A stretch of DNA of 64,000 nt from Phoronis australis (lineage: Eukaryota > Animalia > Phoronida): the NCBI GenBank assembly GCA_002633005.1, contig NMRA01000005.1, forward strand, positions 1,160,101 to 1,224,100. Direction: 5' to 3'. Of the stretch, positions 46,991 to 59,693 are shown piece by piece. The position numbers and the translations under genes were made by a program. Positions within the stretch are counted from its first letter, which is position 1. Every line of letters begins with the position of its first letter. The notes below the pieces were generated by a model. That model was given only the letters and a program-made list of their open reading frames with translations, was not told the DNA's origin and did no database searches.

Positions 46991-48555
46991 TTAATGAAAG
47001 GAGATGGCGTCACCACAGTGACGCGTCACCACGGTGACGCTTGTGCATATTTTGTGTCAGAACATCTGTTTTTTTTTAGGTGAGGATGCAGTCACCTCGA
47101 TTATTCAATTTGAAGGTTTCATGAGCCCAGCTAGCATCTGCAATACTTTTTCAGAAGTTCTTACAAACGTGCTGTTGTGAATTATTAATTGACAGCTGTA
47201 TTCGAATGTACGCCACAATAAACTGTATGATGTATAATATATTTCCTCATGCATGATCATGGCACATGGACTGAATAAACTGTTTATTGACTCGTAAGCA
47301 GTCGTCGAGACGACTTACACACAGTTCACCAACTACTAAAGGTGCATGTTGCAGGACTTGCTTACGTACCCAAAACCCAGATCCTCACTGACGAACATGG
47401 TGTACCAACCGCCCAACACTGTACAGCGACACCAATGAAGTTCAACGTGTTGGTGGAAACTAGCACGGGAATTTTGGGTGCGTAAGTCCTGTTTTATGAG
47501 TCCAGCACCATGTTTGATTGTCTGTGGTCTGTGTTTGTGAATAGGTTAAATGCGTTTATCGGCTCTGTCATTCGAGTTTTTAAGCAAGGAACTATGTTTC
47601 TGCCATGTTTTGCGGGTAGCCTGTATATGGTGTGATGATCCCGGTTCGCTTGGAACAGCGATTTGTTGTCAACTTCACGCAGAAAATATTCAGAGGAAGT
47701 ATGCGTGTGAGATGTACTCTTGGCGTCCAGTGCAGAGTAATTAATAAGATATCTGCAAAGTGCTTCGTGCTAGTTCGTTAGTTTTGCTGGCTAATTACCT
47801 AATTGTGTTATTTTTTTATCAATCTTGGCTTACACAAGGGAGTTATTAAAGTATATTGCATGCGGAGTAGTTAAGAAACTGTGTAGGCCACGACAGGCAT
47901 CTCAATTTTTTCGTAATTTAAAATATATTGAGGTGGTGTCTGAAATTGGGGGACACTGATAGTTGTCAGAAAATTGTATGAATTTTCCCATTGTTTTGTG
48001 CCTGAGAGATGCATATTTGTCTTATGAAAGAGTTAAAGCATTTTTGCTGTTATCCCCCCTGTTTGAATTTAAATACGTTTCAATTTCAATGTCGTATTCC
48101 CAATTTTTCCGTGAAAGTTTATTATTTATCCTTTCTCAGTTTATGCAGAACGGAAGAATTTTTTGTGATCATCAACCTTTTGGTAGACTATTTAAAGTGC
48201 TTTATGGTGATCTGATGTTGCTGATCTTTGTTATTGGCATAGCAACTATTAAAGCTGTATTTTGCCACTATGTAGCTGCCAATGTTGATTTTTTATCCGA
48301 TGACCTTGTGACCTTTTGAGTTTAACATGTTACCATGCTCATCTGATCTTGAATTGTTTCTACATCAGATGGCAGTTCAAGTTCCAGCTCAATAACATGC
48401 AGGCCAAAAATTTTCGTGTGTGTTTGATGGTTTCGTCGTTTTGTTGGTAACGGAAATAGAATATTGTGACAGTAAGGAATATTAGGAGAGCGATTTTCTG
48501 AGAGTAGAACTGTAGAAGAGCCAATTCAATTTTAGTTTTAGCTAACCATACAAGA

Positions 48556-48978
48556 GTCCCATTTATACATCAACTTTTGGCCCGGTACAACTGACACGGA
48601 GCAAATTGACCTGTGTCAAGCGGCCGTTTACACACACAACTCACTAATCGTGGCAAGACAGAAATTGCAGGATGGAGAGACTGGATCGCACATGTGCAGG
48701 TTTAGAAATGACGAGAGTTGCAGAGACAAAGAACCCGTACGTAGGTCATTAGGCAAGCGCAGTAGAGATGATCCTTTCCGCCTTACTCCAATTTCGCGTT
48801 TAGACATATAATTGACATGGAGCAAGATGTTCGGGCGCAAATTACTCTACCTCACAAATGGGTGGCAAAATTTGTCACCGCGGTGTCAGTTTGCTCCGTG
48901 TCAGTCCCATTTACACACTGGAACAACTCGTTCCGTGTCAGCTGATCCATGTCAACTTTTGAAGTGTAAACGGCACTA
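48556..48978. mobile_element. Degenerate MITE with internal tgacacggagcaaa inverted repeats
   Basis: agtcccatttatac...gtgtaaacggcact ends; ctgacacggagcaaattgac / gtcagtttgctccgtgtcag. Confidence 0.5.
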
Positions 48979-49094
48979 AGGCTACATGCAAATTTAGTCA
49001 TGGTCACATCTAACCAGATTAAATAGCCCAAAAATTAATTGTTTTAAAGCTCTCGCTCCTGATATTAGAGATCGATTAAGAGCAAAGCATGAGA

Positions 49095-49250
49095 ATTTGG
49101 GGACCTGTGATAGTATGCACCCAGAGATTGAAAGGTTGGTCAATAAATACCGCAGTCAACAGTCCTGTGTATTTGGGGACCTGTGATAGTATGCACCCAG
49201 GGATTGAAACGTTGGTCAATAAATACCACAGTCAACAGTCCTGTGTATTT
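49095..49250. repeat. 76-bp tandem duplication
   Basis: atttggggacctgtgatagtatgcacccag...agtcctgtgt occurs twice with 3 substitutions. Confidence 0.9.
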
Positions 49251-52200
49251 GTATCAAATCTCTTGACTCAATTCAGCTGGTTATCTCTGTTGTTGGAGAT
49301 TAAACCATAACTTTATGTAAACAACCTGTGGTGCAACCATTGGTGTAGAACATGGGGATGGATAAGGGCCTTTTAAACACATAATACACTTGTGAAACAT
49401 GTTATTGAAATATGAGTAGTGGCAAAGTGTTATCTTATTGTAGTTAAAGAGGGATATGACTATCTCAGTAGCATTTTGATGACTTGCTTGTACCAAATGA
49501 TTAGTAACTGCTCCTGGTCAATAATCGATGTATGGTTTCAAATTCGGAAGCTCGCCAGAATAAAAGCTGCATTCGCACTAAGGTCGTGGATTTCTACATT
49601 TAAGAGTGACATTGCTATTGTAGTGTGGGAATGCAACATTTTCTGTGTTTGTATAAAATGGAAACACTTGTGCTTGAAATAGTACCCCACTGAAGTTAGT
49701 TTAGTGTAATGATTTTGATGAGGGTCGATTGTCTGCATTTCGATTTCGTTTTGTTTTCCCTTTATTTTCATGGCCATGACTGTTTATGTAGATTTTTGCT
49801 GCTGGCTAGCTTCTTAGACTATTCCTTCTTTGGAGCTGTCTCAGTGTAGCAGGATGCGGTCAATGTGGCATGAGCTTTATGGTGTCTAAAAATGGGCTGC
49901 ACCCAATGGATTTCAGGGAAAACACATTAAAATTATTCCCTAGAAATGGAAATGATGTCATCATCTCTTATTTTAGAACTGAAGTTTTTGAACAATCTAC
50001 TGAGAATATTGTATATTGCTAGACAGCAATTTTCATTTTTACGGCCAAAAATGCATTTTTGACATTGTTTTTGGATGGATAGATAGTTATTAGCTATAAC
50101 CGAAGACATAAAACAATATAATTTATTAGTTTAGTGATTTAATTACAATTTCCAAAAGAGGTGGGAGGTTTTTATTTTTTTTAGATGTGCTCCAGACCTG
50201 GCCCGGAGGCATTTATTGGCAACCTGTTGTTGATTTATGTTGGTCCTAGGTCAGGCCAACACCTCGGGTATCTTTGAATGGCAAACAGATTAATTCACCT
50301 TTGACAATCGTATGTTCTAAGGTTATATCATTTAGAGGGATAGGGACTCGGTGTTTATTAATTATAAGAAGCTTTGGTGATTAAAAATTCCTTAGCAGGA
50401 CACTCTGAGGAATTGGACTTGGTCAAACTTCACTCTTCTTGTTGTCACCATTTTACCGTTCCTCATTGTTGACTGGCGTAATGAAGTGAACTTGAGAGAT
50501 ATAAAATAACATAGATTTTAATTATAGACTGTTAAAATACAATAACAGGTCAGCAGGAGTTCGTACAGTATTTCAGGGGCATCCAAAATGGGTGTCCCAG
50601 TCTTTCAGTTTGCAGGACCATGGGACTACAGGACAATGTGACTATGTGTTTGACCTCAGGTGAAATTTCTGTTACAGTGGTATGTTGCTGTGTAGATATA
50701 CGGTAGTCAGCAATAGTTTTTGTTGTATCTTGCGTTAACCGTATCTTAACTTTTTTATTCTGGACAAAACAAGCAGCTCCCAGAGCAAGTTAAAGCAAAT
50801 ACCAGTGCCTATGTGCTTACTTAGCATGGACGTCCAAATGCTGAACAGGGCGTCCAAAGGCTGGTTAGGACTCCTAACTGAGGCATCTATAGTCAGGGTG
50901 TATATTTAGACACCCTGGAGGGGCACTAGATGGAGGCCTGCATGCTGTCAAATATCCATAGTTGTGGGATGAGATATTCAAATGATTTACCAACGTCAGT
51001 GATTGAAAGAAATTGTCCCCCCCCTCTGGGGTCAATTTGTTCCCTCTTACACGTCAGAATTTAGATCAAACGAAGGAGGTTTTTTGCTGTCACTACGCAT
51101 AATACTCAAACATAGAATGTTTCCTATTAGGACTATTTAATGATAACTAAATTCTTATTAAATACCCATTTAGACCTGTTTTAAGAACACTAAAATGTTT
51201 CGGAAGGTAACAGCTGTTCTAGTTAGTACTTGTTACGCAGCAGTTTGATCAAAACGTTGAAAATAACACTTCGTGCAGTTGTACTGCTGGCCTTGAAATC
51301 TGCCATGTAAAGGTTGTTTGAAACAAGGGTGCCTTTGTGCATCCACTGCTAAGCTGCTTTTGCAGAAGAAAAACTAGTCAGCTTGTTACAATGTCACGTT
51401 ATTTGTTCCAAAACCCATAAATATTCTGATAAAGCACTATAAACCTTACTAGTTTCGGATAAAAGTAGTTGCCAAAACTGCCCTTTTCATTTTTCAAGTG
51501 CTTCTAACCATGTTGTGAATGGTCGCACTTTTTCAAAACATTATCGGATGGTACCTATGTTACAGAACTTGCACATGGAAAACCATTAATTCTATGCGAC
51601 ATATCATTGGTGGAAACAAGATACGGTGAAATAACAGTTCGCTTGTGAGCCACATTGTTTCCTAGAGTGATGTGATTTTATTGTAAGGTTGGAAGAAACT
51701 GTGGAGATAGAGGATCAAAAGGACACAAGGTTTGACAGTACCAGGTGATGCCCATCCAAAGGGATACAGTGTAGAACTGATACCAGATTGGACATTAGGA
51801 AAGTGAATGCTAAAACAAATGAGAGAAAAACTGGTTTTGGGGTCCTCTTTGGTAGGAAGTTGGTGGAGCATCCATTAGTGGCTAGGATGTCAATATAGTA
51901 CCTGATTTGATCAACTGTATCAAAAGCTTGAATGCTATCAAGCAACAGTAGCTTTGTTGGGTTTGGGCAAAGCTGGAGGTGTTTGCCTAGTGCTATCATA
52001 TTCAGTTGATAGGGCTTCTGTTGTGTGTTGGCAATGTGGACATCAGGGTATCACTGTTAAGATTATGAAGGTGTTGACCTCATTTTCGTTGGTCTACAAA
52101 TCCCTTGGATAGAGGTAGGTGGTGATGTGTGTGCTTAGATACAGGTGGCGAAAACGTGAAATTTACTTTGTTGTGTTACTGAAAATTCATGTCTAATTAA

Positions 52201-52677
52201 ACTAATGACTGAAATCATTTTGTAAACGGATTACTTCCGTTGTACGATGTCAGCAACAGCTTTAAATATATTTACTGCATTGTTGATTTTTACGTCAGCG
52301 TAAGTAAACACTTTTTTCTTGATTTTGTGTACGCCAAATTTTAAGAGTTTTGGGTTCGACACAAAGGGTTACACTGTTTTTTCTTTTACGTTTTATTTTG
52401 ATACTCATCATATTTTTATGAAATAAGCAAAAAATTTGGGGTCACTGTTTTTGTTTTGGTCTGTTGTAGTTCAACAAAATCAAATGAGAATGTACCCTTT
52501 GGCCTTCTAAAAGCACACCAATTTCAAAGTCATGATTACCCCTCTGCATTTCTCTAAATATCAATTATGGTGTATTTTTAGGATTGTGAAATGAGTTGAT
52601 GGGAACATACAAGAAGTTTCGTCTTTGATAGATTAAATATTGTCGTTTGAATTAAGTCGTACTTAATAATTACACTT

Positions 52678-52748
52678 GAGGGGGCAGTGTGGCCTAGTGT
52701 GATAAGTGTCCGCTTCCTGTTCAAGAGGTCATGGGTTCAAGTCCGAGC
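52678..52748 (+). mobile_element. tRNA-derived SINE head
   Basis: A-box-like gtggcctagtg and B-box-like gggttcaagtcc; homologous to the minus-strand copy ending at 53591. Confidence 0.7.
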
Positions 52749-52770
52749 TTTTAACAAAATACATGTCACA

Positions 52771-53067
52771 GGTCCCTTTCATACTAAGGTCGAGGCGTCC
52801 TTACGGTCAGTGTGAATGGTTAACTTTGGTTCTGGATCGAAGTTAATAGGGTCAGTTAACTTAGCCGTGAATTTGTCGACGGAGCATTGTTGTTTCAGTC
52901 AACTTCGATGTCATTGAAATTATGAGCAGGGGCCACTATTATCTGGATTACTTCGATGATGACAGTGTCACTTATCGTTCACCAATGTTGTTATGAATGT
53001 TTCCACTGAGCTCACAGTATGCATCTACGTTCCTCTAGTACCGGAGTTCAGCTAGTGTGAAAGGGCC
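52771..53067. mobile_element. MITE (42884 family) immediately after the SINE head
   Basis: GGTCCCTTTCATACTA...TAGTGTGAAAGGGCC. Confidence 0.65.
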
Positions 53068-53345
53068 AAAAGGGCATTAGGTGATTGTGCCTCAAAAGAG
53101 ACTTTTATAGTGACGAGAATTATTAGGGTTATGTACAGTGGAAGACCCTGGAAAAATGTCCAAACCTGTCTAATTTTTGAACATCATATCTCGGAAGTCG
53201 TCCATCGATTCTCATGAAACTTCCAAATACTTTGCTTTATGCCATGATGTCTAAAACACTGGCTGGAAATGTTTTGCATGAGGGGCTATAAAAACGCGAC
53301 TTTCATGATTTCATGAAGTTCTGTGAAACGAAATACTTCAGAAAA

Positions 53346-53591
53346 TATAATAATAATTGCAGGCGGTCTTGTTCACGTTGTACCAGACGTGCGCAGGCCA
53401 AGCATGTGGGCCCATTGTACTGATCACCTGGAAATATTTTTGTGCTTTATTTATATAATATATAGTTAAAACTGAGCTGAGGAGCTAGAAACCTGACTCA
53501 AGGGTCTAGCAGTGTGGCCCAGTAGGACCCGAACCCACGACCTCGAGTACAGAAGGCGGACACCATCACACTAGGACACACTGCCTCCTCT
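53346..53591 (-). mobile_element. Full-length tRNA-derived SINE with 13-bp TSD
   Basis: Minus strand reads gaggaggcagtgtgtcctagtgtg...gtcgtgggttcgggtcc...(att)n tail; ATACTTCAGAAAA duplicated at 53333-53345 and 53592-53604. Confidence 0.8.
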
Positions 53592-53806
53592 ATACTTCAG
53601 AAAACTGTACTAGCATTTTAGAGATTTTATCTTGAATATTTACATGAAATAAAATTTTACCATTTTATTGTTACTGTTGTTTTGCTGTCAGTGTATCTTT
53701 TTGTTAATTTTTTTTGAAACACGTGGTCATGTGACCTAATTAATGGCAGATCAGTAAAAAGTCAAAAAATCAAGTTTTACAAGCTTTCTACTTTCAGGAA
53801 ATATAC

Positions 53807-53924
53807 GCTTTTACAGAGTTAAGCTTTTACAGAGTTAAGCTTTTGCAGAGTTAAGCTTTTGCAGAGTTAAGCTTTTACAGAGTTAAGCTTTTACAGAGTT
53901 AAGCTTTTACAGAGTTAAGCTTTT
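53807..53924. repeat. 16-bp minisatellite, 7 copies
   Basis: gctttt(a/g)cagagttaa unit. Confidence 0.95.
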
Positions 53925-55633
53925 GTTAAAATCTTAAGTTTTGTAGATTTTTGGCTTAGTACAGAGTTGTTGATAAGGTCTTTAAAGTTTTTCTGATGCC
54001 AAATTGCTTTATTAGAGCAATTTGCTTCACTCTTAATTACTAGTTGTAAATTTCGTTAACGACTTTGTTGTGCACACTCAATGACCCGATTAAAGTTGGT
54101 GTGAACCCATTCCTGTCTCTGATGTTTCGGCTTGCTAATTACTAAGTCATCTCACCACTCTCTCTATTGTATTGATCAACTATTAATTTCAAACATGTAT
54201 CTCAACCGGGGTCATATACTTTAAAGTTGCACAACACGGGCATCGGTGACATGCAGTACTCATCAACCAATCAGTGTGTTATGGTAAAATTGCTACAGTT
54301 TCGCATAGCGCAAAATCGTTCTTTTAAATTTTAATGGGTTCTAACATTGTTTTGAATGTCCACGTTTTTTCAAGATGTGGTCTATTGGCAGCTATAGTAC
54401 AGAGTTTGAACATGGAAAAGTATTTATTTCATGCTAAATGCGTCTTTTATGGAAAAAAAATAGGAATAAGATTTCACTTTCCCGTTGTATTGTGTCCTAA
54501 ATTTTGTTGCTGCAAAGGGCCGTTGTGAGGCCTGGGATGTACCTAGCAACGTGCTGGCTCCGATCTATTATGGATTGTGATTGGTCACCAAAAATGAGTT
54601 TGAGTAACTTAGCAACGAAAGTTCACTCAAGGTTACAGATTGGTCTCCTCATCCCTATCGTACAGAAAAATGGCAAATGAACTGTGTTCATACAGCCTCG
54701 TCAGCCTTTATTAAATGCAAAAGTAACACCTATCAGGCTAGTTAACTCACATGAGTTTCCGAGTAAGGAAGTCAATATAGTCAGGAACTTGACTGTATTT
54801 TCGGTCTGCACGAAGCCAACTGCATTCTGGAGGCTGGAATGAGGCTAAGGGCTCGTTCTTGTATGCCTATCGTTCCCCCTCTGGTCACGAGCCTGGACTC
54901 ATGCCTGCTTTGGTCTGTAAATATCAGGGTTCTCTCTGAGCAACAATCCTGGTTCAAATTATGCGTCATGCTTTTGCATCCTAATTTCCTTTCTGTTGAT
55001 TCAAAAGAACAAGTACTTTCACTTGTTGAGCATGTCATTACAGTGCTCAATGATTCGCTTTACACCAAGTCGTATGGTGGTTCCATTCCTCAGTATCTTA
55101 CATGTACCTCTCCAGTTTCTCCCCGCAAGTGTGCACTCATTCTCTTCTCTAACTCAATTCCTCCCATCAACGACCAACAAACATAGCATGGCAAACGATT
55201 GCATACACTGGTGGCACGTATTTTGCCGAACAATTCTGACTTCCATATGTTTACTTCCTGTTGTAATTTAAGCGTGTATTTGATGTGCGTTGACTGCTGT
55301 GGTGTCAAATGCACTGATATCACGAAACAAATGAAACAGTTGTGAAGCAAAGGTATTAAATTTAGGAAAACTATTTGTAGTACTAAGTTTGGAAGTCAAC
55401 ACGAACTTTAAAACAAATTTAAGGGAAATTATTTTCTGACTTAGATACTCGCGGTGAAAACTTCGTGGCGACTTGAGGTTTTTCCCAGATCGCCAAACAT
55501 ATCCTGAGGTCATATTGGCGACCTTGCAGGTCACCAAATCAATGGCTGCATTATTATTTTTATCACAAAATAATAGACATAACTACCACTGTACAACAAT
55601 ATTTCAGTCATTTGTCTTGTGATGCAGAAAAAT

Positions 55634-55812
55634 GGCTTTCCAAACATGGCTGAAGATTTTTAAGCATAGCTCAGGGTTTTCCAAACATGGCTCAGGGTTT
55701 TCCAAACATGGCGGGGGGCCTTTCAAACATGGCTCAGGGTTTTCCAAACACGGCTCAGGGCTTATCAAACATGGCTAATGGAAACATGGTACAATCCATT
55801 TCAAACATGGTT
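55634..55812. repeat. Degenerate ~21-bp tandem repeat
   Basis: tttccaaacatggctcagggt-like units. Confidence 0.8.
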
Positions 55813-58509
55813 CAGTTGGATTACATGTAAGGAGAACATTGAATGTTTTTACCTATACTGACCAGCTGAAGATCTAAGACAGTTTCCCAAAGCCTGAAAA
55901 GTGCAACCAATCTTGGTTAGGAACATGATCATATAAAGTTTATTGCTGCTATGAGAGTTTGCCTTATTTTCTTTATTAAACAACCGTGATTCTTACGCAA
56001 TGTGTTGCCTTGGCCTGCCTCATGTGTGTCTATCACAGAGGACCTCTTAATTGTGTTCAGCACGATTTAATGCCGTTCTTTCCAGGAAATAAATTAATTA
56101 GGCTCTGACTAATTGTATTGGTTGTTGCACCTGGTTATATCAGATCCACCGTTCTTGGTGTAAATTCTGATCAGAGACTTGGGCTTACCCTGATCATCCT
56201 CAGTCAAATGCTTTAGTTAATTCTATAAACACATACCATGCAGCCAAGAGCTGAGCCAGGAGATAATTATGGCTTGGTTGTTTCCTCAAGTGTACAGTTA
56301 CAAGAGGCTGATGCAAAATTCATGCAGTAAGACATCTAAATATGACTGCAAAACCCAAACGGTACAAGCGGAGCGTTAAAATTGCTGTGGTCACAGAAAC
56401 CTTCTGGCCTTTAGATTACATTTTACACATACGGTAAGGGCAAAAAAACAGAGCCTTTTCGCAGAAAGTAATTTGTGATTCAGGCCATTTACATACTGTT
56501 ACGAAATCATTTCCCTTTTGTTCCTTACCCAGAAATTATTTGGAGGTGCTCTTTAAGATGAGAAGTCAATATTACTTTCGATCAGGGCCACTGAATTGCT
56601 CGTCTCTGTGAGTTAGTTATAGTCGCCAAGACAACATGGCCTTCAGAGGAATTCTACTCAATTCATTATTATAACTTATTCCAATTGAAATGATGGAAAA
56701 GGATGCCATAACATTGCCCCGGACGGACAAAATCATCTGTGAGGATATTTGATCTTTTTGACGCCAGAATTTGGTTTGTGGCAGCTTTAATTGACACCCT
56801 TGTTGACTTTTTAGTCCGTGGTGCAATCCTTCTTAAAAATTACATTTGTCAGTTTTAATTCTGTTCATTTCTTCCTACAGCGCTTCAGTTAGATGATCCT
56901 TCCACAAAACTGACTTTGTTCATGTTCAACGCAGCCATCTTGGAACTTATCAACTTCTCTTAGTATTTTCTTTCATAGACAGCAGTAACTTTCGTTCAAA
57001 TTCTGATACGGAATCTCTGTAGCAAAAATTTGAGTTGGCAATGGCTATGTCCGTCTTAGTGTTGACCTATTAAAGTATGTTGCATTTCTAGATAATGGTG
57101 AATTTTTCCCGGGTTGTTCAGCACCATATGGTTCATAGCTTTTTTACTTCTGCAGGAATTTTACTTACCTTCTATTAAACCCGTTCCATGTGTCCACATG
57201 CCATTTTCTTACTAACCAACATCTTTTTGTATCAAAGTCTATTTAAGATAATAGTTCACGTGTTAGTATCCAATTTTAAAAAGCTTACCTGCAGAAGTGA
57301 ATAAAACAGTATTGACTGGAACGATGTAGGTAAATGTATTTTTTTTTATTCTATAAAATTGTTCATGCGCTAAGGTTTATGGCAGGGACCTTGTACAATT
57401 CACCTGAGACCGAGTTGTCCCAGGCAATCGTACTAAAAAGACTAGCTAATTAACTGATCACAATTAATCTCCTCGCCTACCCACACAATTTTAGGCTTCA
57501 TGGGCAAGCAGTTGATTGGCTCTGGCCTTTTCCCCGAGACTCAGTGGAACAGCAACCATCAGTGGGCGTGTGATGTCATCACGCACAATTTTCATGCCTT
57601 GTCATTTGCCTATTCGTGTGTGGGCTCTGTTCAATTAGGTTGGCGACAGGAAAATCAATATACCTGTGCACTGCTGAAATGATTGGCAGTTAGCATCCGA
57701 GTGTAAAGCAGGCAGTAGACAGGTGAATCGTCATACCGCACGGCTGTCTAGGAATCACTGTCCCGTAAAGAACTCTAAGTCAAACTATCAAAATCCACGT
57801 ATTGATCTGGTTCCCTAGAGAGATGTTCAGTTGCACTAGCTGAGCATCGTGTGTATACAGAACATAGGAAAACATGGATTGCAGTCTTGATTAGAACTTG
57901 AAAAGTACTTCTACAGCGAAGTATGCCAATTGCGTTGCCACTGTCATATCTCATCATGTTTTGGTTAAAAAGTTTGAAATGCAAATTAGATGTTGCTAAA
58001 GCTGCATTGGGCACTTTTTAGCTGACTAAAAATAAAAATCGATTCAAGGTTTTCTGGGGTCCTTCGTAACCAGTTTGATGCCTGCTATTCAGTGAGTAAA
58101 ACTGGTTCTTTAAATTTGGGACCATTGTAAGTAACTATTACCCTTAAGATGGCCAGTAAGTGGGAGAGCAGATGAGAATTGGGAAGAAATTATTGCAGCT
58201 AATGGAATTAAAATGTAATAGGGCGAGGAGAAGTCAAATACCAACAGGTTATGTTTTTTAATTGCTGTGTAGGCGGTTGTCAGGTGTATGTAGTGTTTTA
58301 CTGTTTCTGCTTATTAAATTATAAGTTATCACTTGCTAATGGCATGAATGCAGTGTCTGACCAAGTGTAAGTAAGGCCAGTGATTGGAAGGTTAATTTGT
58401 TGGTATCAAAATTGCATCTGGTAGTCTCAGATGACATAGAAGGGTATTGTTGGAAGTACTCTCTCTGACCTCAGTAAGACTAGATGTATGATGAAATCTC
58501 ACCAATTTA

Positions 58510-58610
58510 GGACACAGTGTGGGTGACAAGGACACAGTGTGAGTGACAAGGACACAGTGTGGGTGACAAGGACACAGTGTGGGTGACACGGACACAGTGT
58601 GGGTGACAAG
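58510..58610. repeat. 20-bp minisatellite, 5 copies
   Basis: ggacacagtgtgggtgacaa unit. Confidence 0.95.
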
Positions 58611-59313
58611 TGTTCTAATGAAGATTGTGCCACCGCTACCATCAGACATTTTCTTCAAAGGTTCACAGCAACGTTAAAAAACCTTGAAAATTTAAAATAG
58701 GACAATCGAGCAATTCTTTTGCTCCTAAATTGGAGAAATTTTATCTTAGGGTACATTATGGCAAAATTATTGAATTCAATATTCAAGGTGTAGTAAACCT
58801 GGTTTTCCATTTTCAAAAACAGAGAAACCTATTCTAACAACCATGAATCTCAATTTTTATCCAATTTTGTAAATTATCAATGCTGTTCTACAATTTCAAA
58901 GCAATAGACAATATAAGAAGGTTCTTGGAATTTCCTTTATACTGCTGCTATTGCTGTGATGTAGCTATGGCTATCTGCTCTCCATGTTCATTGTCCTTCA
59001 ACTAGCAGAAACACAGAGGATAAAGACCAGTGCCACCTTCAGTAAGGGTGTACAAACTACTAGAATGTGATTTTTGTAAAGCAACGCAAGTGTAGGACCC
59101 TGTTGTGGCAAGAATTCTATTTTTAATTTTCAGTAATTAAAAAACAAAAATGGAATGAATTCTGGTATTTTCTTATGAAATGTGTGAATTCTGCTCAAAA
59201 CCTCTCATTCCGGGGCAGAAGTCCGATTCCATGAATTCAGTTTTGTCTATTTATTGTTGTCTTTGAAAATTGAATTTGGTGCAGGTTGCACAAGCACATG
59301 AATATTAAAAACA

Positions 59314-59693
59314 CGGTAAAAGTTCTCCATATCGGGACATTCTCTAAATGTGGACACAAAATTTCAAGCCAAAATTGAAATTTCTTTATTCTGGAGATTG
59401 AGACTTGGGCAATTTTGGTGTTATATCATATTTCTCAAATATTGGACACTGCCTTTTGAGGCAACAGAGTCAGAAAAATAAACTTGGCAGTTCATAAAGT
59501 CGTTGAAAATAACTGCAGATGCATCATTTTCATATGACCCCCCATAGTATGTAATGTGGAGATGACTGATCGTTAGTCACTGGAATTCTTGAATCTGGCA
59601 TGGCCAATATTTTCTATTTTTAGAATTTGGTACAGACTATGACCTTGAGCACAATAATTACTTCACTATCTCAGACTAGAAATTTTTTTACCG
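59314..59693. mobile_element. Degenerate Tc1/mariner-type MITE
   Basis: CGGTAAAAGTTCT...AGAAATTTTTTTACCG|TA; repeated ttctc.a.at..ggacac subterminal motifs. Confidence 0.45.

Noticed and set aside
47351-47490. Possible alternative kinase first exon ending ...ILG(A)|gtaagt in phase 2
   Set aside because: The apparent donor is one arm of an inverted repeat (caggacttgcttacgtacccaaaa / ttttgggtgcgtaagtcctg) and the peptide is not kinase-like.
52678-53591. tRNA genes
   Set aside because: A and B boxes are present, but there is no clean cloverleaf; the TSD and tail indicate SINEs.
54781-55537. Cluster of overlapping ORFs suggesting a decayed transposase
   Set aside because: No DDE, reverse transcriptase or other motif recognisable in the translations I examined.
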